The translations under genes were made by a program, and so were the position numbers. Below are positions 37,264 through 45,643 of a DNA stretch of 64,000 nt, piece by piece. Within the stretch, counting starts at the first letter, position 1. Every line of letters begins with the position of its first letter. Below the pieces are notes generated by a model, which had not been told where the DNA came from, searched no databases, and saw only the letters and a list, made by a program, of their open reading frames with translations. Source of the stretch: a virus (lineage: Duplodnaviria > Caudoviricetes); the IMG/VR virus record IMGVR_UViG_3300025018_000091; one strand, written 5' to 3'.

Positions 37264-38391
37264 TCAGTCATCTACTTGCTTCTTGATCTTATTAAGAACC
37301 TCTTCCCAATCAGGATGTTCATCTAGATTAAATTGAACTAAACGATCAATTTGAATTTGGCTACGAACAGCGACCAAAACATTTTCATACGAAACCCTTT
37401 GGAGGAACTTACCTACATGTTTAATGGATGGAGGAGGTTCATTTTCATTAGATTGATCTAATTGAGTTGCTAAGCGAGCACAAGTAATCATACAGGCTAC
37501 CAACTTCTTAGTAGGAGCCATAGGATTATATCTACTAGATACATCTTTGCCTTCATAGATATCTTCAATCATTGGCAACAGTTCTTGATAATGCTCGTAA
37601 TAGCTAGAATATTTAAGCCCTGCGTCTTTACCAACACACCCAGATACCTTAGTATTAAGGAGTGTAGTGTTCCATCCATGAGCTTCACCTTTATATAGCA
37701 GTTGTGAAGCTCTATCCCAACCTCTAGGAGAAGGGTCAGCATATCGATCATCTGGGTCTACATTACCAAAAAGATCCCTTGGATGGTCAGTAATATATGC
37801 AGTAACAGATGGATGAATGTGACCTCTCTTACCTGCCCATTCAAGCCAGGACGTGGCATCAGCTTCAACCAAATACTTTTCAGACCTATCTAAAAGAGGT
37901 AGGCTTGGTCTTGCGCCACCTTCAGAAATCAAGTTACCAGTCATAATAATTGACTTTAATTGTGGCAATGGACGACCATTAATTGATCTAAACTGAGTAA
38001 ACTCTAATAAAGGAGCCCAAAGGGAAGTATCTGCTTTATCTACTTCATCTAATAGTGCAACAACGCCTTCACTGCCATCAACCATGGGTTCATAGAATTG
38101 AGGTAGTAGGAAATCTACGAATTTTCGTTGTAGATTTGCTGCCATAATATTTGGATAACCGCCCATATCTACTCTTTCAAGCACAGAAAGATTAAGATAA
38201 ACTTCATGCATTCCAGCCTTTTTGATTTGATATTTGGCGATTTCGGTCTTACCGGTTCCTCTTCGACCAAACACTGCAATGTTACTATCCACTTGAATAG
38301 CAGCAGCTATATGTTCTGACAAATCTTTTGTGCTTAGTTTCTGCAGATTGAAATCAGAAGTGGTCATTACCTGTTGTTGCGTTTGAGCCAT
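37264..38391 (-). CDS. MoxR-like AAA+ ATPase (partner of VWA gene)
   Basis: GRRGTGKT, LLDEVDK, TGN, LLDR, SPRGW. Confidence 0.9.
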   Translation of the reverse strand: MAQTQQQVMTTSDFNLQKLSTKDLSEHIAAAIQVDSNIAVFGRRGTGKTEIAKYQIKKAGMHEVYLNLSVLERVDMGGYPNIMAANLQRKFVDFLLPQFYEPMVDGSEGVVALLDEVDKADTSLWAPLLEFTQFRSINGRPLPQLKSIIMTGNLISEGGARPSLPLLDRSEKYLVEADATSWLEWAGKRGHIHPSVTAYITDHPRDLFGNVDPDDRYADPSPRGWDRASQLLYKGEAHGWNTTLLNTKVSGCVGKDAGLKYSSYYEHYQELLPMIEDIYEGKDVSSRYNPMAPTKKLVACMITCARLATQLDQSNENEPPPSIKHVGKFLQRVSYENVLVAVRSQIQIDRLVQFNLDEHPDWEEVLNKIKKQVDD

Positions 38392-38417
38392 CTTATTCTC
38401 CGTGTAAATCCATAAAT

Positions 38418-38446
38418 ACAATAATCATCGGCAATTTGAATGTCAA
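38418..38446 (-). promoter_or_regulatory. Promoter variant TTGACA-N17-TATTGT
   Basis: Upstream of the AAA-VWA pair; one base shorter than the other copies. Confidence 0.6.
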
Positions 38447-38462
38447 TGCCGTGTAAAATAAT

Positions 38463-38768
38463 TCAATTCAAATTTTTAGAATCGCTTGCAATGTTTAGTT
38501 TATTATTTTTGTAATCATCTAAAAATTGCCGATGTACTTGCCAGACATCTTTTCCAAATGACATTTTTCCTGCTGTGAACTGGATCCGGACAATTAATGA
38601 ATCTGGACAAGAAAGTTTTTCTAATTCTTCACAAAGCCACAATCCGGCATAACATACTTCTCTAATAACTGGGGATTCAATTAAACCCTTTGGCAATCTA
38701 TCATCATTATCAATTTCTTTGGACCAACGACTGATATCATCAGTCGAGATAAAGCTCGGTCTAGACAT
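38463..38768 (-). CDS. Hypothetical protein
   Basis: Start set at MSRPSF; the longer track start overlaps a tRNA. Confidence 0.6.
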   Translation of the reverse strand: MSRPSFISTDDISRWSKEIDNDDRLPKGLIESPVIREVCYAGLWLCEELEKLSCPDSLIVRIQFTAGKMSFGKDVWQVHRQFLDDYKNNKLNIASDSKNLN

Positions 38769-38787
38769 ATATAAATCCTTAATAAAC

Positions 38788-38813
38788 AAAAAAGGCTCCA
38801 ATATGGAACCTTT
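38788..38813 (-). terminator. Rho-independent terminator after tRNA-Arg(ACG)
   Basis: AAAGGTTCCA-TAT-TGGAGCCTTT followed by a T run. Confidence 0.7.
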
Positions 38814-38889
38814 GGTATCCCCGGCAGGACTCGAACCTGCAATCTTCGCGTTCGTAGCGCGCTGCATTAATCCATTGTGCTACGGGGAC
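38813..38889 (-). tRNA. tRNA-Arg(ACG)
   Basis: Cloverleaf, CT ACG AA loop, TTCGAGT, CCA. Confidence 0.95.
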
Positions 38890-38895
38890 ATAAAC

Positions 38896-39189
38896 TTACC
38901 AATTAATATATACAAAGTCTTCAGAATCATAATCAGTATTGGAATACCAATTAGTAATTTCACTATCTATCTTACAAGCATAACCTTCTTTTGATAAAAT
39001 CGTCATTGCTTTGCGAAGAATATCTATTGTGAAGGGAAGTTTGGATACTTCGGTTCTCATTCCAAAGTTTCCTAGCTTTGCACTAGAAATAGATAGATTT
39101 CGCAGATATTCGGCTGCTGACTTAGCTTTATCTTGAGACTGGGCGTTGCTTACTTTCTCAGCCATCTTACGTAATTCATGCGCTAACAT
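38896..39189 (-). CDS. Hypothetical protein
   Basis: ORF between tRNAs with SD GAGG. Confidence 0.6.
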   Translation of the reverse strand: MLAHELRKMAEKVSNAQSQDKAKSAAEYLRNLSISSAKLGNFGMRTEVSKLPFTIDILRKAMTILSKEGYACKIDSEITNWYSNTDYDSEDFVYINW

Positions 39190-39207
39190 AGTAACTTACC
39201 TCGTTGT

Positions 39208-39280
39208 TGGCACCCCTGCTAGGATTCGAACCTAGACAAAGAGCTTCGTAGACTCTTGCGTAATCCATTACGACAGGGGT
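39208..39280 (-). tRNA. tRNA-Arg(ACG), second copy
   Basis: ACCCCTG/CAGGGGT, AGAGT-CT ACG AA-GCTCT, TTCGAAT, CCA. Confidence 0.92.
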
Positions 39281-39286
39281 ATAAGT

Positions 39287-39358
39287 TGGCACCCCATAGA
39301 GGAGTTGAACCTCTTGGCTGAGTTTAGAAGACTCTGCTGCAGTTCCGCTGCATGGGGC
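39287..39358 (-). tRNA. tRNA-Arg(TCT), short D arm
   Basis: GCCCCAT/ATGGGGT, GAGT-CT TCT AA-ACTC, TTCAACT, CCA. Confidence 0.8.
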
Positions 39359-39373
39359 ATATATTATCAAACG

Positions 39374-39448
39374 TGGTGGATATGATAGGAATTACACCTA
39401 CTGCTCCCGATTCTCGTTTCTACTAAATGGTTAATCGGTCCCATACCC
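39374..39448 (-). ncRNA. tRNA-sized alanine-acceptor-like RNA lacking D and anticodon arms
   Basis: GGGTATG/CATATCC-A-CCA with G3:U70; T arm GTAGG-TGTAATT-CCTAT; single inner helix CCGATT/AATCGG. Confidence 0.65.
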
Positions 39449-39452
39449 ATTA

Positions 39453-39528
39453 TGGTGATCCCAACGGGATTCGAACCCGTATTATCAACGTGAGAGGCTG
39501 GTGTCCTGAGCCATTAGACGATGGGACC
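39453..39528 (-). tRNA. tRNA-Glu(CTC)
   Basis: GGTCCCA/TGGGATC, CT CTC AC loop, TTCGAAT, CCA. Confidence 0.95.
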
Positions 39529-39532
39529 ATTT

Positions 39533-39607
39533 TGGTGTGATCAATGGAATTTGAATCCATTCTAACTGAGTCACAATCAGTCGTGCAACCAATACACTAT
39601 GATCACC
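39533..39607 (-). tRNA. tRNA-His(GTG) with genomic G-1
   Basis: G-GTGATCA/TGATCAC-A-CCA, ACTGA-TT GTG AC-TCAGT, TTCAAAT. Confidence 0.95.
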
Positions 39608-39615
39608 ATAATTAT

Positions 39616-40077
39616 TTACTTAATTTTCCTGCCCCAATTACTGGTTTGAGAGTGACAATTTGGACATAAAAATCTAAGATTTTCCAACCTATTATTTAAC
39701 GGGTTTCCATCTTTATGATCAATTTGTAAAACTAACGGCTTATCATTCCAATAAGAAATTATACCACAAATGTCACATTTTTCTTTTACATTCGATTCCA
39801 ATAAAGCTCTTCGTAATTTATATGCTGTTTCGCGCAATCCATTTCTTCTATTGTAAGTTAATATTACATCTTTATTTAATTTGCCAGTATAATATTTCCC
39901 TCCTTTATTTGCGGCACATCCCAAAAAATGTGATGTATCAATTCCATATTCTACTATTATTTTTTTTTATATGAGACCATGAAGATCCATTTTTATGATG
40001 GAATCCTAATTTTTTCATTACTTCTAAAATAGAAAAAGATTCTTTTACAATTGGCTCAAGAATTTCTTTTGTAAAAC
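39616..40077 (-). pseudogene. HNH endonuclease lacking a start codon and frameshifted at A9 (39960-39968)
   Basis: CDICG, LQIDHKDG, NLRFLCPNCHSQT; upstream frame FTKEILEPIVKES joins if one A is removed. Confidence 0.75.
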
Positions 40078-40121
40078 CAAGTGTCTGAGACTTGTATGTA
40101 TGCCAGTTCCATCACCTAAGC
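40078..40121 (-). pseudogene. 5' half of tRNA-Leu(CAG)
   Basis: GCTTAGG, Leu-type D arm, CAAGT-CT CAG AC-ACTTG, then HNH coding sequence; no T arm or 3' acceptor found. Confidence 0.75.
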
Positions 40122-40123
40122 AT

Positions 40124-40211
40124 TGGTGCCGATGGTGGGACTCGAACCCACACGAGAATTAACCCCGGAAGTTTTTGAGACTTCTGCGTCTGCCAATTCC
40201 GCCACACCGGC
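40124..40211 (-). tRNA. tRNA-Leu(CAA)
   Basis: Type II tRNA, GAAGT-CT CAA AA-ACTTC, long variable arm, TTCGAGT, CCA. Confidence 0.96.
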
Positions 40212-40268
40212 ATATCTTATATGTTCTGTTAGTAATATATCGTAAGATTTATTTCCTCTCCTGAACAC

Positions 40269-40296
40269 AATGTAAATCTTTATTTTTGCCTGTCAA
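40269..40296 (-). promoter_or_regulatory. Promoter TTGACA-N16-TACATT driving tRNA cluster 2
   Basis: Intergenic, conserved spacing. Confidence 0.75.
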
Positions 40297-40324
40297 GCCC
40301 TCGCATTTTTTTTATTTTGCATGC

Positions 40325-40792
40325 TTATTTATTTGGATTTATTATTAAAATTTCTTTTCCAACCGTTTTTGCATAAGCAATACAATTAGCTGTTCCCCCA
40401 GAAGTACCATCATGGATTCCAATTAGAAGATCACATTGATCTACCATCCACATATTCCTAATCTGCATTTTATGTGAACTATATCCTGATTCACTTGTAT
40501 ATACAATATCATGTGCTTTAGATAAAAGCTTTTGATAAATTATCTGCGAAGAATCTGGCCATTTCTTTTCCTGACCTTCAAAGGGCACCGCCGCAATAAA
40601 TGGAATCTTTAATTTTATAGCTATATTTGCTGCCCACTGGTCAACGCCTAATGCCATTCCAGAAATAATCTTTTCAGGTTTAAATTCTCGTAAATGCTTA
40701 TCAATTTGTTGACAAACATGAATGTAAGTTGGGTTTGGAAGATTATATCCGCCAAGTTTATTAGGTCTATGACCAGTAAATGCAATAATCAT
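40325..40792 (-). CDS. SLOG family protein (YspA/DUF1273-like)
   Basis: AFTGHRP, SGMALGVD, RNMWMVD, GGTANC. Confidence 0.88.
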   Translation of the reverse strand: MIIAFTGHRPNKLGGYNLPNPTYIHVCQQIDKHLREFKPEKIISGMALGVDQWAANIAIKLKIPFIAAVPFEGQEKKWPDSSQIIYQKLLSKAHDIVYTSESGYSSHKMQIRNMWMVDQCDLLIGIHDGTSGGTANCIAYAKTVGKEILIINPNK

Positions 40793-41196
40793 TTATACAA
40801 TCTCCATTTATACAATCTCTCTTGGTCTTTTTTCCAAGCATAATAAGATTTACGCCACTTTTCCTTACGAAGACATCCACAAGACTTAATTCCTTTATTA
40901 AAATCGTTAACTTGATAATACTTTATATTACCACATTCGCATTTACATTTGAGCTTATATTTAAATTGTTTAGATGGTAATTGAACAACTTCGATTACTT
41001 CTAACCGACCATAAATATTGCCAACCAATTTAAGTGTGCTTTCTTTCTGAAGAAAAAGAATTTCTCCATTATCTAACTTAATAGCAGCAATACCATTGTC
41101 TCCATAAATTACTTTAGTAATAGTTCTTCCAATCAGAACTTCATTCCAAAAAAGGTTTATTGAGACTATTCTTTTCCCATTTTTTCTTATATTCAA
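40789..41196 (-). CDS. Hypothetical protein with endonuclease-associated Zn motif
   Basis: YGRLEVI...CKCECGN...KSCGCL. Confidence 0.6.
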   Translation of the reverse strand: MNIRKNGKRIVSINLFWNEVLIGRTITKVIYGDNGIAAIKLDNGEILFLQKESTLKLVGNIYGRLEVIEVVQLPSKQFKYKLKCKCECGNIKYYQVNDFNKGIKSCGCLRKEKWRKSYYAWKKDQERLYKWRLYK

Positions 41197-41459
41197 GAGT
41201 CATCGTATTCCATTTCTGCTCTATTTATCATATCCATAAATTCTTCACGCAATTCATTATATTCAATATTTCTTTGAAGATATATAATGTGCATAAATTG
41301 CCCGGCAAGATCTCCAAGATAATCATACTTAATTTTTACTTTGCCATGAACAATGGTATTGATATGAGATGTAAACTCAGCAGCACCATCAGCACTATCA
41401 AAGCCTAATACTATTGGCAAATTTACTCTAATATCTTTTGGTTTAATATTAATATTCAT
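41193..41459 (-). CDS. Hypothetical protein
   Basis: ATGA-coupled ORF. Confidence 0.55.
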   Translation of the reverse strand: MNINIKPKDIRVNLPIVLGFDSADGAAEFTSHINTIVHGKVKIKYDYLGDLAGQFMHIIYLQRNIEYNELREEFMDMINRAEMEYDDS

Positions 41460-42184
41460 TTTATTTCTATCGTATGATACGTCGTTGCAGCATTAGAAAC
41501 CAACATATTTCCTCTAATGGCAAGTCCATTAGCTTCATGACAATGCCCATGCAATAAATATGTTGGCAATCTTTTATCATTCACTTTATAGTCTAAAGCG
41601 TTAGTTATAACAGAACTGCCTATAGTATCATTGCCGTGAGTTAAATCAAGCATTTGATACAATGGGGCATGTGTCACCAACACATCTACAAAAGATTCAT
41701 TTAAAGCCTTGACCATTTTCTCGACTTCTAATTCCATTTCTGGAACTTCTCTTTCATAATTAAACATTCCATTTATCGCTGGAACATACGGAAATCCATA
41801 AAAAGTAACGTCTTTATGCAACACAACCTGTTCTGTAAGATTAATGGCTTTTATACCTTCAGATGCAAGAGTTTGAGCCATTAGTTGTGGATGTAAGAAA
41901 TCATGATTGCCAAGAATAAAAAGAAGCGGTCTTCCTTGAAGCCATACCTTAATATTTCTTATATTCTGACTTAACCAATCCAGCTGAAAAGCCATCTCTT
42001 GTGTTAGGTTTTTATTCATAAATGCAGTAGAATTAGGAAAAAAATCACCAGAATGAACTACTGCGTCAAATTTACCACGTAATGTAGGAAATCCACCATG
42101 TGTATCAGAAATATGACAAACTCTCATTTTATATTTCCTTGCAACAACATCAGATACTCTTTTTATTCTAGATACATTAACCAT
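41456..42184 (-). CDS. Calcineurin-like metallophosphoesterase
   Basis: SDTHG, HSGD, GNHD, THAP, HGHCHE. Confidence 0.92.
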   Translation of the reverse strand: MVNVSRIKRVSDVVARKYKMRVCHISDTHGGFPTLRGKFDAVVHSGDFFPNSTAFMNKNLTQEMAFQLDWLSQNIRNIKVWLQGRPLLFILGNHDFLHPQLMAQTLASEGIKAINLTEQVVLHKDVTFYGFPYVPAINGMFNYEREVPEMELEVEKMVKALNESFVDVLVTHAPLYQMLDLTHGNDTIGSSVITNALDYKVNDKRLPTYLLHGHCHEANGLAIRGNMLVSNAATTYHTIEIK

Positions 42185-42389
42185 ATTTATCTACTTTCAA
42201 ATGAATTAGTACATTATCAATTTTTTTAGGAATAATATTACGTATCTTATAATCTAACCTTGCAATACCAGCTAATACTATGTAATCACCATCATAAGTA
42301 ACAACTTCACAATCATGATACCATGCATAATTCGATAATTTCATTTTCAATTTCAAACGGGCTTGATTTGCTTCAAAAAATGATGTCAT
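42177..42389 (-). CDS. Hypothetical protein
   Basis: Overlapping co-oriented ORF. Confidence 0.5.
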   Translation of the reverse strand: MTSFFEANQARLKLKMKLSNYAWYHDCEVVTYDGDYIVLAGIARLDYKIRNIIPKKIDNVLIHLKVDKYG

Positions 42390-42446
42390 AACCTTATATT
42401 ACTCCATAATCTCATATGTAATATACATAACCTAACTGGACTAAAC

Positions 42447-43115
42447 ATGTCTCACAAAAAAATAATATCATTAGCAAATAGGTTTTTTATTAAATTAGCA
42501 TACGAAGATGTTGCCACTAATCCTGGCGATATGCCTAATAAAGAAAAAAAGACAGTAGATACTGGTATTAATGAGCCCATAAATGATTTACTAGAACCTC
42601 CTTCAGCTTTAATAGAAATGGTTCACAATAACCCATATCAAGATGAAAGAATGTCATCACCAGGTGAAGGAGCAATTGCAGAGAGAAGAGAAATAGTAGA
42701 GAAATTATATGGTTATGCAAAAACTATTTCTAATGAAATTAACTCTGACTTTGGAGTTTTAAAAGATTATTGGTTAACTCATCAAAAAGAATATAAAGCA
42801 TTAGATAATATTAAAAAAGTATTTGATGAATTATTACCAATTATAATATATACTCCGTACGAATTTAAAACCAAATTAACTGATTTCTTAAATTCTAAAC
42901 CAGAACTAAAACTTTATAATCCAGCTAATTCAGTACAACCAATATCAGAAACACAAATGGATAATTTAAAAACTATTTATTATGATTCATATTCTGATAT
43001 GATATTCAGACATACCAATAGAGGTTTGTCAGGTGGTCAGGTGCTAAAACCAGCACATCCTAAAGGAATTAGGATGTTAATGATGTTGCCTTTCTGGATG
43101 GAAGAAAACATGTAA
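42447..43115 (+). CDS. Hypothetical protein (opposite strand)
   Basis: 222-aa ORF with no competing minus-strand gene. Confidence 0.7.
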   Translation: MSHKKIISLANRFFIKLAYEDVATNPGDMPNKEKKTVDTGINEPINDLLEPPSALIEMVHNNPYQDERMSSPGEGAIAERREIVEKLYGYAKTISNEINSDFGVLKDYWLTHQKEYKALDNIKKVFDELLPIIIYTPYEFKTKLTDFLNSKPELKLYNPANSVQPISETQMDNLKTIYYDSYSDMIFRHTNRGLSGGQVLKPAHPKGIRMLMMLPFWMEENM

Positions 43116-43682
43116 TTAATAATCATCAGAGCACATTTTATTCAAAATATCAAGCTCATTCTTTATAATCATTTCTGCAACATGAGACATTTTAGATAGT
43201 TCTCTCAAAGCATCATCTCTATTTAATATAGCCCATCCAGGTATATGAAATAAATAATTGGGGCGCTTTCTAATTCTAGCAGTCACGAGCGCAACCGCCT
43301 CTTTAGTTGTAAGGGTATCATACTCTTTAACAGAAGATGGATCCTCTAACATCTCTTCAACTGTGATTGGCTTACCATTATAGTCCCAACCAGCAGGAAG
43401 ATCTGTTTGTTTTGGATCATCTTTTGGTTCAACCGAAATCATCTGTTTATGTGTTGGCGATTCAATTTGCCTAAAAGACACAAACACTAAAGGAGCTTGA
43501 GAAAATTCCCATTCAATCGAACCATCATTCTTCTTCTGTTCTTTAGGCTCTTTAATATAAAGAGCTGGATTATAATTCTTTGCTATTTCTATAGCCTTAT
43601 CAGAAGCTGCTTGATATCCAGAATATGCACCAACTACACTGATCACATATCTTGCATGTACTACTATATACGCCGCACTCAT
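43116..43682 (-). CDS. Hypothetical protein
   Basis: 188-aa ORF. Confidence 0.6.
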   Translation of the reverse strand: MSAAYIVVHARYVISVVGAYSGYQAASDKAIEIAKNYNPALYIKEPKEQKKNDGSIEWEFSQAPLVFVSFRQIESPTHKQMISVEPKDDPKQTDLPAGWDYNGKPITVEEMLEDPSSVKEYDTLTTKEAVALVTARIRKRPNYLFHIPGWAILNRDDALRELSKMSHVAEMIIKNELDILNKMCSDDY

Positions 43683-43691
43683 AATATATCC

Positions 43692-44204
43692 TTATCGAAG
43701 TGGAAACAAAGATGGTTGAGTGCTAAACAAATTCTTCCAAGAATCTAATGCAGTAGCAACTGGAGCAGGCGCAGGCAATGTAGAAGGAACTGTCACAGCA
43801 ACTGGCTGTGAAACAATTGAGCCACTATCAGTTACACTAACACTATTATCACCAACGGTGACTGCAACTGGCGCTGCGGTCATAGGACGTGCAGCGGTCT
43901 TTGCCCTTTGCTGAACATCATATTTAGAATCCAGGTCCCAAGAGTCAGCCAAAGGATGATACAATAGGGCTTGGGCAGTCGAACCATCAGCAAGATTCAC
44001 TGTGATAGGTGAACGACCATAACCTTGAGGTTCAATAGAATTTATCCATGCAGCACGAACAACATCACGAACTTCACGATGGCGTGCATGTGGCATCTTT
44101 TCCTTTACCTTATTGCTGACGTCAAGCGCAGTAAACAATTCATCTGCACTAACAAAATCAGCAACAACCGTATCAACCAAACTCTCCAAATTAGAATTAC
44201 TCAT
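43692..44204 (-). CDS. Hypothetical protein with Pro/Ala/Val-rich linker
   Basis: SD GGAG; PVAVTV repeated twice. Confidence 0.65.
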   Translation of the reverse strand: MSNSNLESLVDTVVADFVSADELFTALDVSNKVKEKMPHARHREVRDVVRAAWINSIEPQGYGRSPITVNLADGSTAQALLYHPLADSWDLDSKYDVQQRAKTAARPMTAAPVAVTVGDNSVSVTDSGSIVSQPVAVTVPSTLPAPAPVATALDSWKNLFSTQPSLFPLR

Positions 44205-44214
44205 ATTTATTCTC

Positions 44215-44718
44215 CTATTTTAGAAATGATTCTAAATCTATTAATTTCATTTTTCCCCAACGATCTAACATAACATTTCTGGAATGTAAGTCGTGGTATT
44301 TAAATTTTAACTGTTTTATTTTAGTTAAGAACTCTTGAATATTCTTTGTACAAAAAGCGGGAACATTTCTTCTATGATAATAATATTCCCACAATATATC
44401 TTGAATCCATATTTCATCTTTATTTCTAGGTATTGGAATTAATTTTTCCATTACATGATAATAATATGGAGCTTCATTATCTATATTTACAGATCCAAAC
44501 TCATAAATTTTAACTACTGACGAATTATTAACTTCGATTAAATAACTTAATAAATCGTTAAATTTGTTTCCAAGTTTAGGATCGCTATCATCTTGAGTTA
44601 CTTTAATTATGCGATTTGGTTTATCTTTTAGATACCACATCCAACCACTACGACACCGAATGGAACGTCCCAATTTAAATTTTTTTTGTAACTCTTCCTT
44701 CAACGCCAGCATATACAC
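44215..44718 (-). CDS. Minimal protein kinase-like fold protein
   Basis: IIKV, MEKL, HDLHSRNVM catalytic loop, LIDL. Confidence 0.8.
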   Translation of the reverse strand: MYMLALKEELQKKFKLGRSIRCRSGWMWYLKDKPNRIIKVTQDDSDPKLGNKFNDLLSYLIEVNNSSVVKIYEFGSVNIDNEAPYYYHVMEKLIPIPRNKDEIWIQDILWEYYYHRRNVPAFCTKNIQEFLTKIKQLKFKYHDLHSRNVMLDRWGKMKLIDLESFLK

Positions 44719-44746
44719 AATGTATATCGTAAAAAATTGGGCGCAA
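44719..44746 (-). promoter_or_regulatory. Promoter TTGCGC-N16-TACATT upstream of kinase
   Basis: Conserved spacing. Confidence 0.65.
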
Positions 44747-44774
44747 GGGCAGGCATTTTTTAAAACTAACTATC

Positions 44775-45178
44775 TTACTCTGGATCGTCGCGCGGATTAT
44801 CTATAATCATACGAATGCCTTGTGAATTTCCTTTCTTACAAAAAACAAATTCACCTTGGATTCTATATCCATCAAGCAACATCCTATGCTTTAGGATGTC
44901 TTCAAAATCAGAAAGGAACATAGAATATCGACGACCATCTTTTAAAGATTCAAAAACAAAATGCGCTGAGTTTTTTTTGTTGAATAACATTGTATAAATG
45001 CTAAATTATCTGCAAAAATAGCATTTGGTTCATTAAAACCATCATAATTTACTCTATAAGATCGATAACCTTGTTTAGGGCTACTTGGAGTAGCTGGTTC
45101 CAAGTATCGTCTTGTAAGATTTCCATTTTTATCAAAAGACACTTCATAATTCTGAAAAACTCTAGGATTCTTATTCAT
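44775..45178 (-). CDS. Hypothetical protein, frameshifted at A8 (44971-44978)
   Basis: Track ORFs 44942..45178 and 44775..44990 join if one A is removed. Confidence 0.6.
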
Positions 45179-45602
45179 GTCGCAACTCCGCTCTAACTTC
45201 CATTAATACCTTGCCAAGCATGTTTTTTCCAGAACCATCAGCACCACATCCCCAATAGTAATCAACTGGAGAGTCTTCAATTAAAATTTCATCATTTGTG
45301 GCAAGTAATTGTTCCCTAAGATTATGATGTTGTACAAACTTAGCAAGAACAGCGTCTTTCATTACCTGATACTTATCAGAATCAAAATGATCACGAAAGG
45401 TTACTGTTTGACCAAGATCTCTTGCTATACGTGGAGTTTTTGCAGAACGAATCATTTCTTGTTCGTCTGTATAAACTGTTTTCATGGCTTGATAATAATG
45501 TTCTACAGTATTCCACCATTTTCCATTAAGAAAAATTTTTGATCTATAGAAATTACCCATATATCCATGAGGGTCTTGTGTTTTATAAAATTTAATTGTC
45601 AT
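45171..45602 (-). CDS. NADAR family protein (YbiA/DUF1768)
   Basis: IKFY, MGNFY, VEHYYQAMK, KFVQH, LIEDSPVDYYWG, GKNMLGKVLMEVR. Confidence 0.93.
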   Translation of the reverse strand: MTIKFYKTQDPHGYMGNFYRSKIFLNGKWWNTVEHYYQAMKTVYTDEQEMIRSAKTPRIARDLGQTVTFRDHFDSDKYQVMKDAVLAKFVQHHNLREQLLATNDEILIEDSPVDYYWGCGADGSGKNMLGKVLMEVRAELRHE

Positions 45603-45643
45603 TATTTTTTCCTAGAGAATAAAAAGATATATAGATATCAAAA

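Noticed and set aside
39616-40121. HNH-containing intron in tRNA-Leu(CAG)
   Set aside because: No T arm or 3' acceptor half follows the HNH; tRNA-His starts 9 nt after its stop.
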